DNA from: a virus
Taxonomy: Duplodnaviria > Caudoviricetes
DNA: 61,441 bases
Strand: one strand, 5' to 3'
Virus record (IMG/VR): IMGVR_UViG_3300020463_000022
Location: 1 to 61,441 of that record
Shown piece by piece: positions 19,429-32,800 of this stretch (the first letter of the stretch is position 1; the number at the start of each line of letters is the position of its first letter). Under the pieces are notes generated by a model. That model did no database searches, was not told the origin of the DNA, and saw only the letters and a program-made list of their open reading frames with translations. The position numbers and the translations under genes are program-made.

Positions 19429-21852
19429 ATGTACGAAAAGGGCCCAAGAAGAATTATAGGATTTCCTGATCAATTAGTTACTGATGGTGAAAAATCATCG
19501 GAGGACTATGGCTTGCGTGTTGCTCAAGCAATAGAAGCCGAGTGGTTTAGAAAAGAAAGTGGTACTTCAAGATACTACAACAACAGAGACACATATCATA
19601 AGCTAAGAACTTATGCTATGGGTGAACAGTCTGTTCAGAAATACAAAGATGAATTAGCTATAAACGGCGATATATCTTATCTAAACTTAGACTGGTCTCC
19701 AGTGCCTATCATACCAAAGTTTGTAGATATCGTTGTAAACGGAATGTCTAACAGGCTTTATGATGTGCTTGCTCAGGCTGTAGATAGCATTTCTTCGAAC
19801 AAGAAGGCGATGTACAAGCTTAAGCTTAAAACAGAAATGAACAATAGACAGGACTTTAAACAAATAGAAGAGTCTCTTGGAATTAGTATGTTTGACACAG
19901 CTGAAGATGAACTTCCAACTTCTAAAGACGAACTTGACTTACATGTATCTTTAAACTACAAAGACGATATAGAGCTTGCACAAGAGAAAGCTATAGAAAC
20001 TGTTTTGCAATTAAACGATTACGATCAAATTAAACGTCAAGTGGATGAAGATCAAGTCGTCTTGGGAATATCTGCTTTACGCCATTCTTTTAATACACAT
20101 GACGGTATTAAGGTAGATTATATAGATCCAGCTAATTTTATATGGAGTCCAACTGAAGACCCAAACTTTGAAGACTGTTACTATTTTGGTGAAGTTAAAA
20201 ATGTAAACATTACAGAACTGAAAAAGCTTGATCCATCTTTAACCCAGGAAGACATATCTGACATCTCTAAAATGTCTTCTAAGTTTGATGCATATCAAGG
20301 CATTAGAGGCGGGTATCATTCCGACAACTTCGATAAAAGCACTGTAACTCTATTATATTTTTGCTATAAAACAGATAAGAATATTGTATATAAGAAAAAG
20401 AAAACTGCAACTGGAGGCGAAAAAGTTTTAAAAAAAGATGACCAGTTTAACCCCCCTAAAACAGAAGCAGCAAGATTTGAAAAGCTTTCAAAAAGAATTG
20501 ATGTCTGGTATGAAGGAGTGTACGTTTTAGGTAGCAACAGATTGATTAAATGGGACATAATGAGTAATATGGTAAGACCTAAGTCTTCTATAAACAAAGT
20601 TTACTCTCCTTTTATCGTTTCAGCAAAAAAACAATACAGGGGGCAGATTGATTCACTTGTTAAAAGAATGGTGCCTTTTGCTGATCAAATTCAACTGATA
20701 CATTTAAAACTACAACAGGTCACCGCAAAAATGATACCTGATGGCGTGTATATGGATATAGATGGATTGTCCTCTATAAACATAGGAAACGGCGCTACAT
20801 ATTCTCCTCAAGAAGCTTTGAATTTATATTTTCAAACAGGCTCTGTCTTAGGAAGGTCATACGCAGAAGACGGAGAAATAAACAGAGGCAAAATACCAAT
20901 TCAGGAACTTACAGCCTCTGGAGCTAATAATAAGATATCTTCTCTTATTAATATGTATAACTACAACTTAGGTCTTATCAGATCTGTTACTGGGCTTAAT
21001 GAGGCTAGAGACGGTAGTACGCCAGATCCAAACTCTTTGGTTGGTGTGCAGAAGCTTGCTGCTTTGAATTCAAATACAGCCACTAGGCATATATTAGAGT
21101 CCAGATTAAATATGACCAGAAAGCTTTCTGAGTGCATAAGCCACAGAATGTCTGATGTGCTTATGTATTCTGATATGAAAGAAACTTTTGTAAATAGCAT
21201 TGGAAGGTACTCTATGGATCTTATAGAAGAAATAAAACAAATGCATTTACATGACTTTGGAATATTCATTCAATTACATCCAGACGAGGAAGAAAGAAAC
21301 TTCTTAGAGCAAAACATTCAACAAAGTCTATCATCTGGCAAGATAGATATAGATGACGCTATAGATATTAGAGCTATAAAAAATACTAAGATTGCATCTC
21401 AATTATTAAAAGTCAGAAAGAAGAGAAAAGAAAAGATGGATTTTGATAAACAGCAGGCGGCTATAAAAGCTCAATCTGAATCAAATCAGCAAGCAGCACT
21501 AGCATCTGAACAAGCCAAACAACAAACCATGCTCTCAAAGCAAAGAACCGAAACGGAACTTAAAAGACTTGACGCACAACTTGAAATGGAAAAGATGCAG
21601 TTTGAGGCTGAGTTAAAATTGAGGCTTATGAAAGAACAAAAATCTTTAGACAAAGAAAATATAAAAGCATCTATAGATTCTCAAATGTCTAAAGAATTAT
21701 TTAGAGAGGACAGAAAAGATAAGCGTAGCAAAATACAAGCTTCACAACAATCACAACTTATACAACAAAGAAAACAAGATTTAGATCCAATAGATTTCGA
21801 TGGCCAAGATTATTTAGGTAGCGGTTTACAGGGTCTTCAATCTGATTTTTAA
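19429..21852 (+). CDS. Portal protein
   Basis: 807 aa after terL, PIIPKFVDIVV, C-terminal Q-rich coiled coil. Confidence 0.88.
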   Translation: MYEKGPRRIIGFPDQLVTDGEKSSEDYGLRVAQAIEAEWFRKESGTSRYYNNRDTYHKLRTYAMGEQSVQKYKDELAINGDISYLNLDWSPVPIIPKFVDIVVNGMSNRLYDVLAQAVDSISSNKKAMYKLKLKTEMNNRQDFKQIEESLGISMFDTAEDELPTSKDELDLHVSLNYKDDIELAQEKAIETVLQLNDYDQIKRQVDEDQVVLGISALRHSFNTHDGIKVDYIDPANFIWSPTEDPNFEDCYYFGEVKNVNITELKKLDPSLTQEDISDISKMSSKFDAYQGIRGGYHSDNFDKSTVTLLYFCYKTDKNIVYKKKKTATGGEKVLKKDDQFNPPKTEAARFEKLSKRIDVWYEGVYVLGSNRLIKWDIMSNMVRPKSSINKVYSPFIVSAKKQYRGQIDSLVKRMVPFADQIQLIHLKLQQVTAKMIPDGVYMDIDGLSSINIGNGATYSPQEALNLYFQTGSVLGRSYAEDGEINRGKIPIQELTASGANNKISSLINMYNYNLGLIRSVTGLNEARDGSTPDPNSLVGVQKLAALNSNTATRHILESRLNMTRKLSECISHRMSDVLMYSDMKETFVNSIGRYSMDLIEEIKQMHLHDFGIFIQLHPDEEERNFLEQNIQQSLSSGKIDIDDAIDIRAIKNTKIASQLLKVRKKRKEKMDFDKQQAAIKAQSESNQQAALASEQAKQQTMLSKQRTETELKRLDAQLEMEKMQFEAELKLRLMKEQKSLDKENIKASIDSQMSKELFREDRKDKRSKIQASQQSQLIQQRKQDLDPIDFDGQDYLGSGLQGLQSDF

Positions 21853-21859
21853 TTATTTG

Positions 21860-21867
21860 TATATTTG
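21860..21867 (+). promoter_or_regulatory. -7 box TATATTTG
   Basis: Upstream of the scaffold/capsid genes. Confidence 0.6.
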
Positions 21868-21885
21868 TAAAAAATTTAATTTAAT

Positions 21886-23064
21886 ATGAGTGAAATAGAA
21901 GTGTATGCTCTTGATGACGATGGAAATCGCATAGAGCCAAAAAACGATAAAAAAGAAAACGAAGTTAAATCCGAGGAACCTCAGCCAGCTGAAGAGCCTC
22001 AACAAAAAGAAGAAGATGGCGTACAACAACAAGCCGAAGACACAAAGCAAGCCGAAGCCAAAGAAAAAGAAGAAAAAGAAAATGTATTAGAGGAAAAGGA
22101 GCCTCCAAAAGAAAACAAGGAGGAGAACTTCGATGAAAATAAGGTTTTGTCTATCCTTAAAAAACAAAAAGACATAAATATAAGTTCACTTGATGAACTT
22201 AAAAACGTTCTTTCAAATAGTGAAAAAGAAAAAGAAGCTCAAAAGTTGCCAGAGGAAGTTGAAAAGTATTTAACCTACAACAAAGAAACTGGTAGAGGGT
22301 TGGACGACTTTGTAAAGCTGCAAAAGGATTTTAGTAAAATACCAGACGCAGATCTTTTAAAAAGTTATTACCAATCAACTAAACCTGGTTTAGATTCTAG
22401 TGACATTGAGTATCTTATAAAAAGAGATTTCGGAACTAATGAGGATGAATCTGATTCAGACAAAAAAAGGAAAGAGATTTCTTACAAGGAGAAGTTATTT
22501 GAAGCAAGAGACTTTTTTAATCGTGAAAAAGACAAGTACAAAACAAAATTAGAGTCTAATAATGTTGAGCTGTCTGAAAATGATAAAAAGGCTATTGATT
22601 TTTATAATAATTATCAAAAGGAGTCAGAGAAAAGCGAAAGGACAGGTAAAGAAAAAGCTTCTGTCTTTGAAAACAAAACTAAAGGTTTTTTCTCCGAAAA
22701 GTTTGAAGGTTTCAAATTTAATGTAGGAGACAAAACTGAAACGTTTAAAGTAAAAGACAAAGAAATTGTCCTTAAAGATCAGCTTGATATAAATTCTAAA
22801 CTGTCTAGATTTCTTAACAAAGAAGGGGAGTTAGATAAAACAGAGGAATATCATAAATTTCTTTATGCAGGTACAAACGCTGATGCAATAGCCAGGCACT
22901 TTTATGAGCTTGGTAAATCAGAGGCAACTGAAGACATTGTAAAAGAAACAAAGAATATTAATATGTCTGTTCGGGATAATAAACCGGTAGATGTAAAAGG
23001 AACTAAGTTTAGAATTTTAGAAAGCGAATCTGATTTTGATTTTAAAATTAAAAAAAGAAGATAA
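21886..23064 (+). CDS. Capsid scaffolding-like protein
   Basis: Acidic, charged 392 aa between portal and capsid. Confidence 0.7.
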   Translation: MSEIEVYALDDDGNRIEPKNDKKENEVKSEEPQPAEEPQQKEEDGVQQQAEDTKQAEAKEKEEKENVLEEKEPPKENKEENFDENKVLSILKKQKDINISSLDELKNVLSNSEKEKEAQKLPEEVEKYLTYNKETGRGLDDFVKLQKDFSKIPDADLLKSYYQSTKPGLDSSDIEYLIKRDFGTNEDESDSDKKRKEISYKEKLFEARDFFNREKDKYKTKLESNNVELSENDKKAIDFYNNYQKESEKSERTGKEKASVFENKTKGFFSEKFEGFKFNVGDKTETFKVKDKEIVLKDQLDINSKLSRFLNKEGELDKTEEYHKFLYAGTNADAIARHFYELGKSEATEDIVKETKNINMSVRDNKPVDVKGTKFRILESESDFDFKIKKRR

Positions 23065-23086
23065 ACTTATTTAAAATTTTTAGAAA

Positions 23087-24424
23087 ATGGCAGTAACAAT
23101 GACCGGAGTCGGTGGTGCATTAACCCCAGCTCCCTCGAAAGCAACGCTTTCATCAAATTATTTGGGCTCAAGTGTTGAGTTTACATCTCAATATTTACCC
23201 GACGTATACGAAAAGGAATTCGAAAAGTACGGAAATAGATCCGTATCATCTTTCCTTAGAATGGTAGGTGCAGAAATGCCTATTGCTTCTGATATTATTC
23301 AATGGTCAGAGCAAGGTAGATTACACCTAGCAGTCACTGGTGCTACAAGATCAGCTGATGTTATTACTTCAAATGGACATCCATTTAGAGTAGGACAAAC
23401 AGTTATTGTATCTGACGGCACTGACCAAGAAAAAGCTATCATTACAGCTGTAACCGCAAACACATTCACAGTTGCTTCTTACGAGAACGCAAACCTAGCA
23501 TCAGCTATCGCCACAACTGGCCTTAAAGTTTTTGCATATGGTTCTGAATTCAAAAAAGGAACAAACGGAATGGACGGAAGCCTAGAGGCTCCAAAAGACA
23601 TCCAAACAACTAACCCTATCATTATCAAAGATAAATATGAAATCAATGGTTCTGATTTGGCGCAGATAGGTTGGATTGAGGTTTCAACTGAAAATGGTGC
23701 TACAGGATATTTATGGTACTTAAAGTCTGAGCATGAAACTCGTCAGAGATTTGAGGATTATCTTGAATTAGCAATGATTGAAGGTAAGCCTGCTGCAAGT
23801 TCTTCTGGCGCTGAAACTGCTGGATTTAAAGGTACTAAAGGTTTATTCCATGAAGTAGAAAACAGAGGAAATATCTCTACTGGCTCTATTGCATCTAGAA
23901 CCGATATTGAAACTCTTATCCAAGTCCTAGACAAAGAGGGAGCTATTCAAGAAAATGTTTTATTTGTAAACAGAGCTAAGTCTTTTGAGATTGACAATGT
24001 ATTAGCTGCTCAAAATAATTCAGGCGCATCAACATCATCTTACGGATTGTTTGACAATGACGAAAGCATGGCGTTGAACCTTGGTTTTATGGGCTTCAAT
24101 TTGGGATATGACTTTTATAAGTCTGACTGGAAATATCTAAACGACGCAACTACAGGAGCATTAACATCTTCTGTGACTGGAGTTTTAGTACCCGCTGGTA
24201 CAACTTCTGTTTACGATCAGGTTATGGGACGTAACGCTACAAGACCTTTCTTGCACGTTGCTTTCAGAAAGTCTGAAGCTGAAGACAGAAAGTACAAGTC
24301 TTGGGTTACTGGATCTGCTGGATCTGCTGGTATGTCTAGCGACTTAGACGCAATGCAAGTACACTTTTTATCTGAAAGAGCACTTGTTGTACATGGAGCT
24401 AATAACTTCATATTATTTAAGTAG
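23087..24424 (+). CDS. Major capsid protein
   Basis: 445 aa after the scaffold, QYLPD...WSEQGRLH...GTKGLF...SERAL. Followed by a terminator. Confidence 0.85.
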   Translation: MAVTMTGVGGALTPAPSKATLSSNYLGSSVEFTSQYLPDVYEKEFEKYGNRSVSSFLRMVGAEMPIASDIIQWSEQGRLHLAVTGATRSADVITSNGHPFRVGQTVIVSDGTDQEKAIITAVTANTFTVASYENANLASAIATTGLKVFAYGSEFKKGTNGMDGSLEAPKDIQTTNPIIIKDKYEINGSDLAQIGWIEVSTENGATGYLWYLKSEHETRQRFEDYLELAMIEGKPAASSSGAETAGFKGTKGLFHEVENRGNISTGSIASRTDIETLIQVLDKEGAIQENVLFVNRAKSFEIDNVLAAQNNSGASTSSYGLFDNDESMALNLGFMGFNLGYDFYKSDWKYLNDATTGALTSSVTGVLVPAGTTSVYDQVMGRNATRPFLHVAFRKSEAEDRKYKSWVTGSAGSAGMSSDLDAMQVHFLSERALVVHGANNFILFK

Positions 24425-24432
24425 TATTTATT

Positions 24433-24466
24433 AAGGCTGGGGGTTTCGGCCCCCATCCTTTTTTTT
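24433..24466 (+). terminator. Intrinsic terminator
   Basis: AAGGcTGGGGGT-TTCG-GCCCCCATCCTT followed by a T-run. Confidence 0.85.
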
Positions 24467-24487
24467 AATTTAATAAAGTATAATAAA

Positions 24488-25240
24488 ATGGCAAAAAGAA
24501 AGACTTCCCAGGCATGGGAAATAAAAGACAGAATATATATTTTAAGTGGTGGCAAAACTCCTGTTAATTATATTCTAAGATCAAGACACCACATAAACAA
24601 ACCTTTACAATATTTTGATGGCTCAATAAACAGATCATTAAGATATGCTTCAAACCAAACTTCTATTTTTGAAGACGAGCAATTGGGAGACGTTACGCTT
24701 CCCCCAATAATATTTAGAGACGGAAAGTTAATGGTAAACAAAGAAAATTCTTTACTTCAACAGTTTTTATCAATTTATCACCCAGATCTAGGGTCTGAGT
24801 ACATGGAGTTTGACCCCAATAAGGAAGCTGAAAAAGAAGTCAAAGATGTAGAGCTTGAGCTGGAGGCGATGAATTTAGCTAAAGAAATGGACATTGAAGA
24901 GCTAGAAGCTATTGCCAGGGCAACAATAAAAGGAAGAGTTTCTGATATGGCATCAAATGAAATAAGAAGAGATATGCTTATTTATGCCAGACAAAATCCA
25001 GAGCAATTTATTGATCTTACAAAAGACGAAAATATTAACCTAAGAAATATAGCTGTAAGGGCAGCTGAAATGGGAATAATATTTATTGACGATGATGGCA
25101 GAACAGTCAAATGGAATGATGCTAAAAAAGAAAAGATCATAACAATCCCTTATGGAGAAAATGTGTATAGCGCTTTAGCTGTTTATTTTAAGACAGACGA
25201 AGGCCTTGATACGCTGCAAGCTATAAATAATTCTATATAA
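24488..25240 (+). CDS. Conserved hypothetical protein of the head module
   Basis: 250-aa ORF after the capsid gene. Confidence 0.7.
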   Translation: MAKRKTSQAWEIKDRIYILSGGKTPVNYILRSRHHINKPLQYFDGSINRSLRYASNQTSIFEDEQLGDVTLPPIIFRDGKLMVNKENSLLQQFLSIYHPDLGSEYMEFDPNKEAEKEVKDVELELEAMNLAKEMDIEELEAIARATIKGRVSDMASNEIRRDMLIYARQNPEQFIDLTKDENINLRNIAVRAAEMGIIFIDDDGRTVKWNDAKKEKIITIPYGENVYSALAVYFKTDEGLDTLQAINNSI

Positions 25241-25277
25241 TAAGCGCAACTTACCCTCCACTATAAATGGTTGCGTT

Positions 25278-25310
25278 AAAGGGGTTGCAAATTTGCACCC
25301 CTTTTTTTTT
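25278..25310 (+). terminator. Intrinsic terminator
   Basis: AAAGGGGTtGCAAATTTGCACCCC followed by T9. Confidence 0.85.
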
Positions 25311-25312
25311 CG

Positions 25313-25320
25313 TACATTTG
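25313..25320 (+). promoter_or_regulatory. -7 box TACATTTG
   Basis: Directly after the terminator and 4 nt before the ATG at 25325. Confidence 0.6.
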
Positions 25321-25324
25321 TAGT

Positions 25325-26011
25325 ATGATAAATCATGTTAGAAACACTGTATTGTCAGTGTTAAATAAAGAAAACAGGGGCTTTTTAACCCCTGCACAAT
25401 TTAACTCGTATGCTAAACATGCGCAACAATTGATATTTAACCAGTATTTATCTGAGTATTCAAGGATGTTATTGGCAAAAAATGCTAGACAAACATCTTC
25501 AGAATTTTTAGACAGATCAGAGGTTATGCAAAGAAAGCTTGAAGACTTTACAAAAGAATCAAGTGTTGCTATTTCTGCAAATAAGTATACGAAACCAACA
25601 GATCTACAATATCTTGTATCGGTCAGATATGGCACTCTTGAAGTGGAACAGGTGTCAAGAGACAAGGAAAGATTTTTATTAAACTCAAACCTAACAGCTC
25701 CTTCGGCTAATTTTCCAATTTTTGTAGATGAGCCTTTAGCTATCACGCTTCACCCATCAACCTTAACAAGTAATATTAATTTTATTTATTTAAGAAATCC
25801 AAAAGATCCAAAATGGACATACAACACAGTTGGAGAAAACCCAGTTTTTAACCAAAGCGCATCTGATTATCAAGATTTTGAAATAGACGGTACCGAAACA
25901 GTTCCGTTGGTTATTGAGATATTAAAACTAGCTGGTGTAACTATACGAGAGGGAGAAGTCACACAAGCAGCTCAAAATATAGACGTGACCAACACCAATA
26001 AAGATTCTTAA
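25325..26011 (+). CDS. Tail adaptor/tubular structural protein
   Basis: NKENRGFLTPAQFN...YLRNPKDPKW. Position in a podovirus-type module. Confidence 0.65.
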   Translation: MINHVRNTVLSVLNKENRGFLTPAQFNSYAKHAQQLIFNQYLSEYSRMLLAKNARQTSSEFLDRSEVMQRKLEDFTKESSVAISANKYTKPTDLQYLVSVRYGTLEVEQVSRDKERFLLNSNLTAPSANFPIFVDEPLAITLHPSTLTSNINFIYLRNPKDPKWTYNTVGENPVFNQSASDYQDFEIDGTETVPLVIEILKLAGVTIREGEVTQAAQNIDVTNTNKDS

Positions 26012-26013
26012 TT

Positions 26014-26871
26014 ATGAGTATGACTGATCAGCAATATTATTCTACAAGCTCCAATTATGGAGCAGCACAGTTTGTTAGCATGAAGGATGTAGTCAATAAT
26101 TTTTACATGTTTTATGTTGGAGATGATAAAGTCATTAGTAATGTAAAAAGATATGATGTTCTTTTTCATGTAAAAAGAGCCATACAGGAATTAAATTATG
26201 ACGCTTTAAAAGACGTAAAAGCTTTAGAGCTGGAGCTTCCAACAAACCTACAGTTAACACTTCCAAAAGACTTTGTAAAGCTTGTGAGGCTGTCTTGGGT
26301 GGATGACATTGGGAAGCTTAGACCTTTAATGGTTGACAATAGAACAACGATAGCCACAGCATATTTACAAGATAACAATTATAATATTCTTTTTGATGGA
26401 AATGGAGCTGCATTAGAGGGAACTTCTTTTATAGACGAAAAGCTAGGCGCTATCAATACAAATCAACAAGACTACTCGTCCTCCTTAAGTGACGAATTTT
26501 TTGGAAGAAGGTTTGGATTAGACACGTCGGTAGCAAATGTAAATGGTAAATACAATATAGACAAAAAGAAAGGTGTAATAAGATTTAGCAGCGAGGTTAA
26601 AGGAAAGCATGTTGTTATAGAATATATATGTGATGGTATTGACTATCTTACAGAAGACGAATTAAAGATTAATAAACTCACAGAGGATTATATATACAAG
26701 CATGTTGCCCACCAAATTGTTAGCCATAAGTTTGGTGTACAAGAATTTATAGTCAGGAGACTGAAAAATGAAGCTTTTGCTGCCATGAAGAATATGAAAA
26801 TTAGAATGATGGACATACATCCTTTTGATTTAATACAATCTTTAAAAGGTAGAAACAAGTGGATTAAATAA
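26014..26871 (+). CDS. Structural protein (adaptor ring-like)
   Basis: RAIQELNYD...LPKDFV...EYICDG. Confidence 0.65.
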   Translation: MSMTDQQYYSTSSNYGAAQFVSMKDVVNNFYMFYVGDDKVISNVKRYDVLFHVKRAIQELNYDALKDVKALELELPTNLQLTLPKDFVKLVRLSWVDDIGKLRPLMVDNRTTIATAYLQDNNYNILFDGNGAALEGTSFIDEKLGAINTNQQDYSSSLSDEFFGRRFGLDTSVANVNGKYNIDKKKGVIRFSSEVKGKHVVIEYICDGIDYLTEDELKINKLTEDYIYKHVAHQIVSHKFGVQEFIVRRLKNEAFAAMKNMKIRMMDIHPFDLIQSLKGRNKWIK

Positions 26872-29800
26872 TGAAATTAAAAAACATATTTTCTGCAGGT
26901 AAAATGAACAAGGACTCAGACGAGAGGCTTGTTCAGAATGGAGAGTTTAGGGACGCTTTAAACGTAAAAGTTGCTAACTCCTCAGGTTCTGATGTTGGTG
27001 CTGTTGAAAATGAAATTTCTAATGCAGTGTTGTCTAGTTTAAGCATGGGAAACAATGCGATCTGTATTGGATCTGTTGCTGACGATGTAAATAACAAGAT
27101 ATATTGGTTTGTAAGATCTGACCTAGGAAGCTACATCTGTGAGTATGATTCTGACAATAACACATCAACATTTGTTCTTATAGACACAAGAACCGGACAC
27201 AATAATGTTTTAAATTTTACAAAAACTAATTTTATTGAGTCAAATATACTTATAGACATTGACAACAATAAAAGGTTTTTATTTTTTACAGACGGACTAA
27301 ATCCTCCTAGACGGGTTGAAATTGATTCTGCCAAACTTATAGATGGAAATGATTTTGATAAATACGACATAGATGTTGTACAAAAACCCCCGCTATATCC
27401 TCCAGTCTTAACGCTACAAAGCGCAACAAATGAAGAAAATACTATAGAGGAAAGGTTCGTTTACTTTGCTTACAGGTATAAATATAAGCACGGAGAGTAC
27501 AGTGCTTTGTCTCCTTTTTCGGAAGTAGCTTTTTTCCCTAAATCTTTTTCTATAGATTTTTCTACTGGACTGAATAAGTCTATGGTAAACGCAAATGGTT
27601 CTGTAAGCATACAGTTTGATACAGGGTCAAAAAACGTCACAGACATAGATATTGTTTTTAAAGAAAGCAACTCTAGTAATTTATATATTGTAGAGTCTAT
27701 AAATAAGCAAGACGAATCTTACGGTAATAATGCAACCCAAAACTTTTTATTTCAAAACTCTAAAATATATAAAGTCCTTCCAGAAAAAGAACTTTTTAGA
27801 GTATACGATAACGTGCCTTTAAAAGCAAAAACCCAACAACTTATAGGCAACAGAATTGTTTATGCAAACTATGTAGAAAATTTTAATCTTATTGATGCTA
27901 ATGGCAACAAAGTAAAACCAGCGATTAATTTACAAGCAACAACTACAGCTATAACAACACCTCCAGTTTCGAGCGTAAAAAGCAACAAAGACTACGAGGC
28001 TGGTATTGTTTACTTAGATGATTACGGAAGAGCCACGACTGTTGTTACCTCATCTCAGTCCAGCACAAACGTCCCTTTAAGTAATCAAAAATTACAAAAC
28101 AAACTGCAGATAACAATAAATCATTTGCCTCCTGCTTTTGCAAAAAAATACAGAGTATATATAAAGCAAAGCAAAGGCAACTACGAAAGCATATCCCCTG
28201 CAATATTTTATGAAGAACAGGAAACTGGATATGTTTATGTTCAGTTAAACGGTAACGACAAAAACAAAATAAAAGAAGGGGAATTTCTTGTAGTAAAAGC
28301 AGACTCTAGAGGTGTTAAAACTGGCCTTATAGAGACTCAGGTTTTAGAAATGAAAGACCAGCTTATTAATTTTTTAGAAGACAGCACCTATCCAGGAGCC
28401 AATGATCCGCCGATTGCACAGCAGTCAGGGTTTTATGCTAAATTTAAACCAAGTGGATATAGTCTTTCTATAGATGATTTTATTAGAACAGAACATACTG
28501 ATTATGACGATTCTAGTAACGGAAGAGATAATCCTTTAGGTATACAGTTTACATCTTCAGTAGTTGAAGGTCCTTTTTATTATGGAACAAATGGAGCGGT
28601 AACTGATGTAACTCTTGGTGGAACATACACTATCTCTGAGGAGTTTGCTAGAATTAGGGTTGAAATTGATGGAATAAATGTAGATGTTAATGGAGATGGT
28701 TCTTTGATAGTTGATACATTTCAGTGGTCAGTCGACACCCTTGACAATGACGGCACAAACACTTTGAGCGCAACAAACCTAACTATTACGCCAGGAACGC
28801 CAATAGCTCTTACTGGGTCTGGGCTTACAATTGATTTTGCTGCTGCAACGGGCCATACAATAGGAGACAGGTGGATGTTTAACGCTAGACCCTCAACAAT
28901 AAATGCCCTTTACACTAACGCAAGTGTAAGAGATGAAAGAGCTTTTTCAACATTTAGAAGTTTTCCTCAAGCAGAAGAAGAAATAGGATTGGGGACAATT
29001 ATAAATTTTACATACGACGAGTATAATAGGGGAGATCAGTTTGTAACACATGAGTTTGTAGTTAATCAAACGTTTAAAAACTTAGAAGAGTGGTATCATG
29101 AAAGTGGAGCCAAGGCAATATTAAATCCTGATATTCCTGAAAACAGAATATTTTTCCTAAGAGGAACATATGGCTCTAATCAGTCTGTTATAAATAATTC
29201 TTTGACCAGTGACCTTTTAATGATTATACGCTCTAAATTTCAGCAAAATACATCAATAAGCAAAAGAGTTAAAGTAAACAACACATTTGTTTTACTTACT
29301 AGACAAACAACTGATATAATAAATTTAGAAACAAAACCAGAAACAATAAACTCTGAGATATTTTATGAGCTTCCGGCTACATACAATATAAATAGTCAAG
29401 GGTATCATGAAGCACCCTCCGGAGGAACAACCCAAACAGATTCAACTCAAGCTACTTTCGAGCTTCCGTTTTTTAATTGTTTTTCATGGGGAAATTGTGT
29501 CGAGTCATATAAAATAAAAGATGATTTTAATGCTAAGTTTTTTGAGCCAGAAAATAGGCCATCATCAAACTTAAAGGATTATAAACAAAATAACAGAACA
29601 ACTTCTTTGACCTATAGCAACGTTTATGATCAAACAACAAAATATAATGGATTAAATGAGTTTAATCTGTCTACTGCAAATTACAAAGACATGGATGACT
29701 TCTATGGAAGCATCAACAAGATTGTCGGAAGAGAATCAGATTTGGTTGTGTTTCAGGAAAACAGAGTTTCTAAGCTGTTGTTTAACAAAAGTGTTTTATT

Positions 29801-32800
29801 TAACGCTGACGGAAGTGGCAACGTTGCTGCTAGTACAAATATTTTAGGGCAAGATGTTCCTTATCTTGGTGAATATGGAGTTACAGCCAACCCTTTTGCT
29901 GTAATAATGTGGGGTGGAAGAATATATTTTGTAGATGAAAGAAGGAGGGTTGTTTGCAGGCTATCTAGGGACGGCATAACGCAAATATCAGATTACGGTA
30001 TGCTTGATTTTTTTGGAGATGCTTTAAAAGCAACTCCTGAAGTTATAGGCGCATATGATCCAACAGATAGGTCTTATTCTTTATCACTTCGTGGTACCCA
30101 AGAAGAATGGAGAGAAGATGAGGTTGAGTGTGAGATTTTATACGATAGCACTGATACAGATGGCGACGGCACTGTTGATTCTATTGATACAGACGACGAT
30201 AACGACGGCGTGCTTGATACGGCAGACGCATTCCCATTAGACTCAACAGAGAGCGTCGATACGGATGGAGATGGCGTTGGTAATAACGCTGATACAGATG
30301 ATGACGGTGATGGGGTTGATGACGCTCAAGATGCGTTCCCATTAGATTCTTCTGAGACAACCGACACAGACTCTGATGGGACAGGAGATAACGCTGACAC
30401 AGACGATGATGGTGATGGTGTATTAGATGTTAATGAAGGAGATATGGATGGAGATGGTATTGATGACAATGATGACACCGATACTGACGGAGACGGCACG
30501 CCCAACTCAACCGACACTGATGACGACAATGATGGTGTTCCAGACGCAAGCGACGCTTTACCAACGAACCCAAATGAAACAGTTGACACGGATGGTGATG
30601 GGATAGGAAACAACCAAGACACAGACGACGACGGTGACGGGGTATTGGACACAGCAGACGCATTTCCTCTAGATTCCACTGAAAGTGTAGATACTGATGG
30701 TGACGGAGTTGGCAATAATGCAGACACAGATGACGACGGTGATGGAGTGCTTGATACTGCAGATGCGTTTCCTTTAGATTCCACAGAGACAACTGACTCT
30801 GATAGTGATGGCGTCGGTGATAATGCAGATCCTGATGACGATAACGACGGCATACCTGATGTTGCAGAAACTGATACCGATAGAGATGGAGTTCCAGATG
30901 AACAAGACGCTGATAGCGATAACGATGGAGTATTAGATTCTAGTGATGCTTTTCCCACGGATCCAAATGAAACGACAGACACAGATTCTGATGGCATAGG
31001 TGACAATGCCGATACTGACGATGACGGTGATGGTGTATTAGATACAGCTGATGCGTTTCCTTTAGACTCTACAGAGACTGTTGATACAGATAGTGATGGA
31101 ACTGGTGATAACGCTGATACGGATGACGATAATGACGGCGTTTTAGATACTCAAGATGCATTCCCGCTTGATGCGACAGAAACTACGGATACAGATTCCG
31201 ATGGTACGGGGGACAATGCAGACACAGACGATGATAACGATGGAGTTTTAGATGTACAAGATGCGTTCCCATTAGACTCAACAGAAAGTGTAGATACAGA
31301 TAGTGATGGCATAGGAAATAATGCAGACACGGATGATGACGGAGATGGAGTTGCTGATTCAAGCGATGCATTCCCGCTAGACGCAACCGAAAGCGTTGAT
31401 ACAGATAGCGATGGAATTGGTGACAATGCGGATACTGATGATGACAATGATGGAACACTCGATACGTCAGATGCATTTCCACTAGATGCGTCAGAGACAA
31501 CTGATACAGATGGCGACGGAACAGGCGACAATGCAGATACAGATGATGATAATGATGGCACTCCGGACTCTTCTGATGCGTTCCCGCTAGATGCAACTGA
31601 AACTACAGACACTGACAGTGATGGTATTGGGGACAATGCAGATACAGATGATGACAATGATGGGGTACTTGATAGCGCAGACGCTTTTCCTTTAGACGCA
31701 ACTGAAACAACAGATACAGATTCTGATGGTATCGGAGATAATGCTGATTTAGATGACGATGGAGACGGTATAAGTGATGCTTATGAAACGCAGCTAGGGA
31801 CAAATCCTTTAGACAGCACAGATACTCCAACAGACACAGATTCTGATGGCATACCAAACGCTATAGATACAGACGATGACAATGACGGGACTCCAGATGC
31901 CAGTGATGCTTTCCCTCTCGATTCTACAGAAACAACAGATACGGATTCTGATGGCACTGGAGATAACGCCGATACTGATGATGATAATGACGGAGTTCCA
32001 GATGCAGATGAAATAGCTGCAGGAACAGACCCTTTGGATAGTACTAGCACTCCCCCTGACACTGACGGAGATGGAACGTATGACTATCTAGACACAGACG
32101 ATGATAACGATGGTGTGTTAGATGTGAATGACGCTTTCCCGCTAGATGCCTCTGAAAGTGTAGATACCGATGGAGATGGTGTTGGTAATAATGCCGATAC
32201 GGATGACGATAATGATGGACTAACTGACGCTCAAGAAGCAACAGCTGGAACAAACCCATTACTTGCTGATACAGACAGTGACTTTATAGTTGACTCTGTT
32301 GACCCTGCTCCTTTAGATGGCTCTAATCCAACAGTCAGTGATACTTCAGGGGGAGGAAGAAGCACCTCTTGTCCTCCAACAGAAACACATCATTTCTTTC
32401 CAAACTCAACTGGACTATATGGAACGTCAAATAATAGGCTTACATCAGACTTTTTTAATGACAATGAGAGTCAAACAGATTCAGCCTTAGGCCTTATACC
32501 TATAGCTTCTTCAGCTGTTAGGGTAAGCGAGTATACATATATGCCTTATGCAGGCGGTGCTGTTCTTATGTCGTCTGTTAATTTAACAGACACTCCTAAA
32601 TTTAGTGATGCACTAAATGGAAACACTACTGGTTTAACAATCTATGATAGGCTTATTACAAAATCAGCAGCTGTATCTGCAGGGTACACAATAGGAATAA
32701 TGAGAAACAGGGATGAATCTGCAAAACCTTTAACTGGTCAAAGCATAAATGATATACCTGATGACGCAATATTAGAAGCGCATACTACAGACCTTGTGCC

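Noticed and set aside
29656-32259. Long S/V-rich and H-rich ORFs on the - strand and alternative frames
   Set aside because: These are shadows of the Asp-rich repeat codons.
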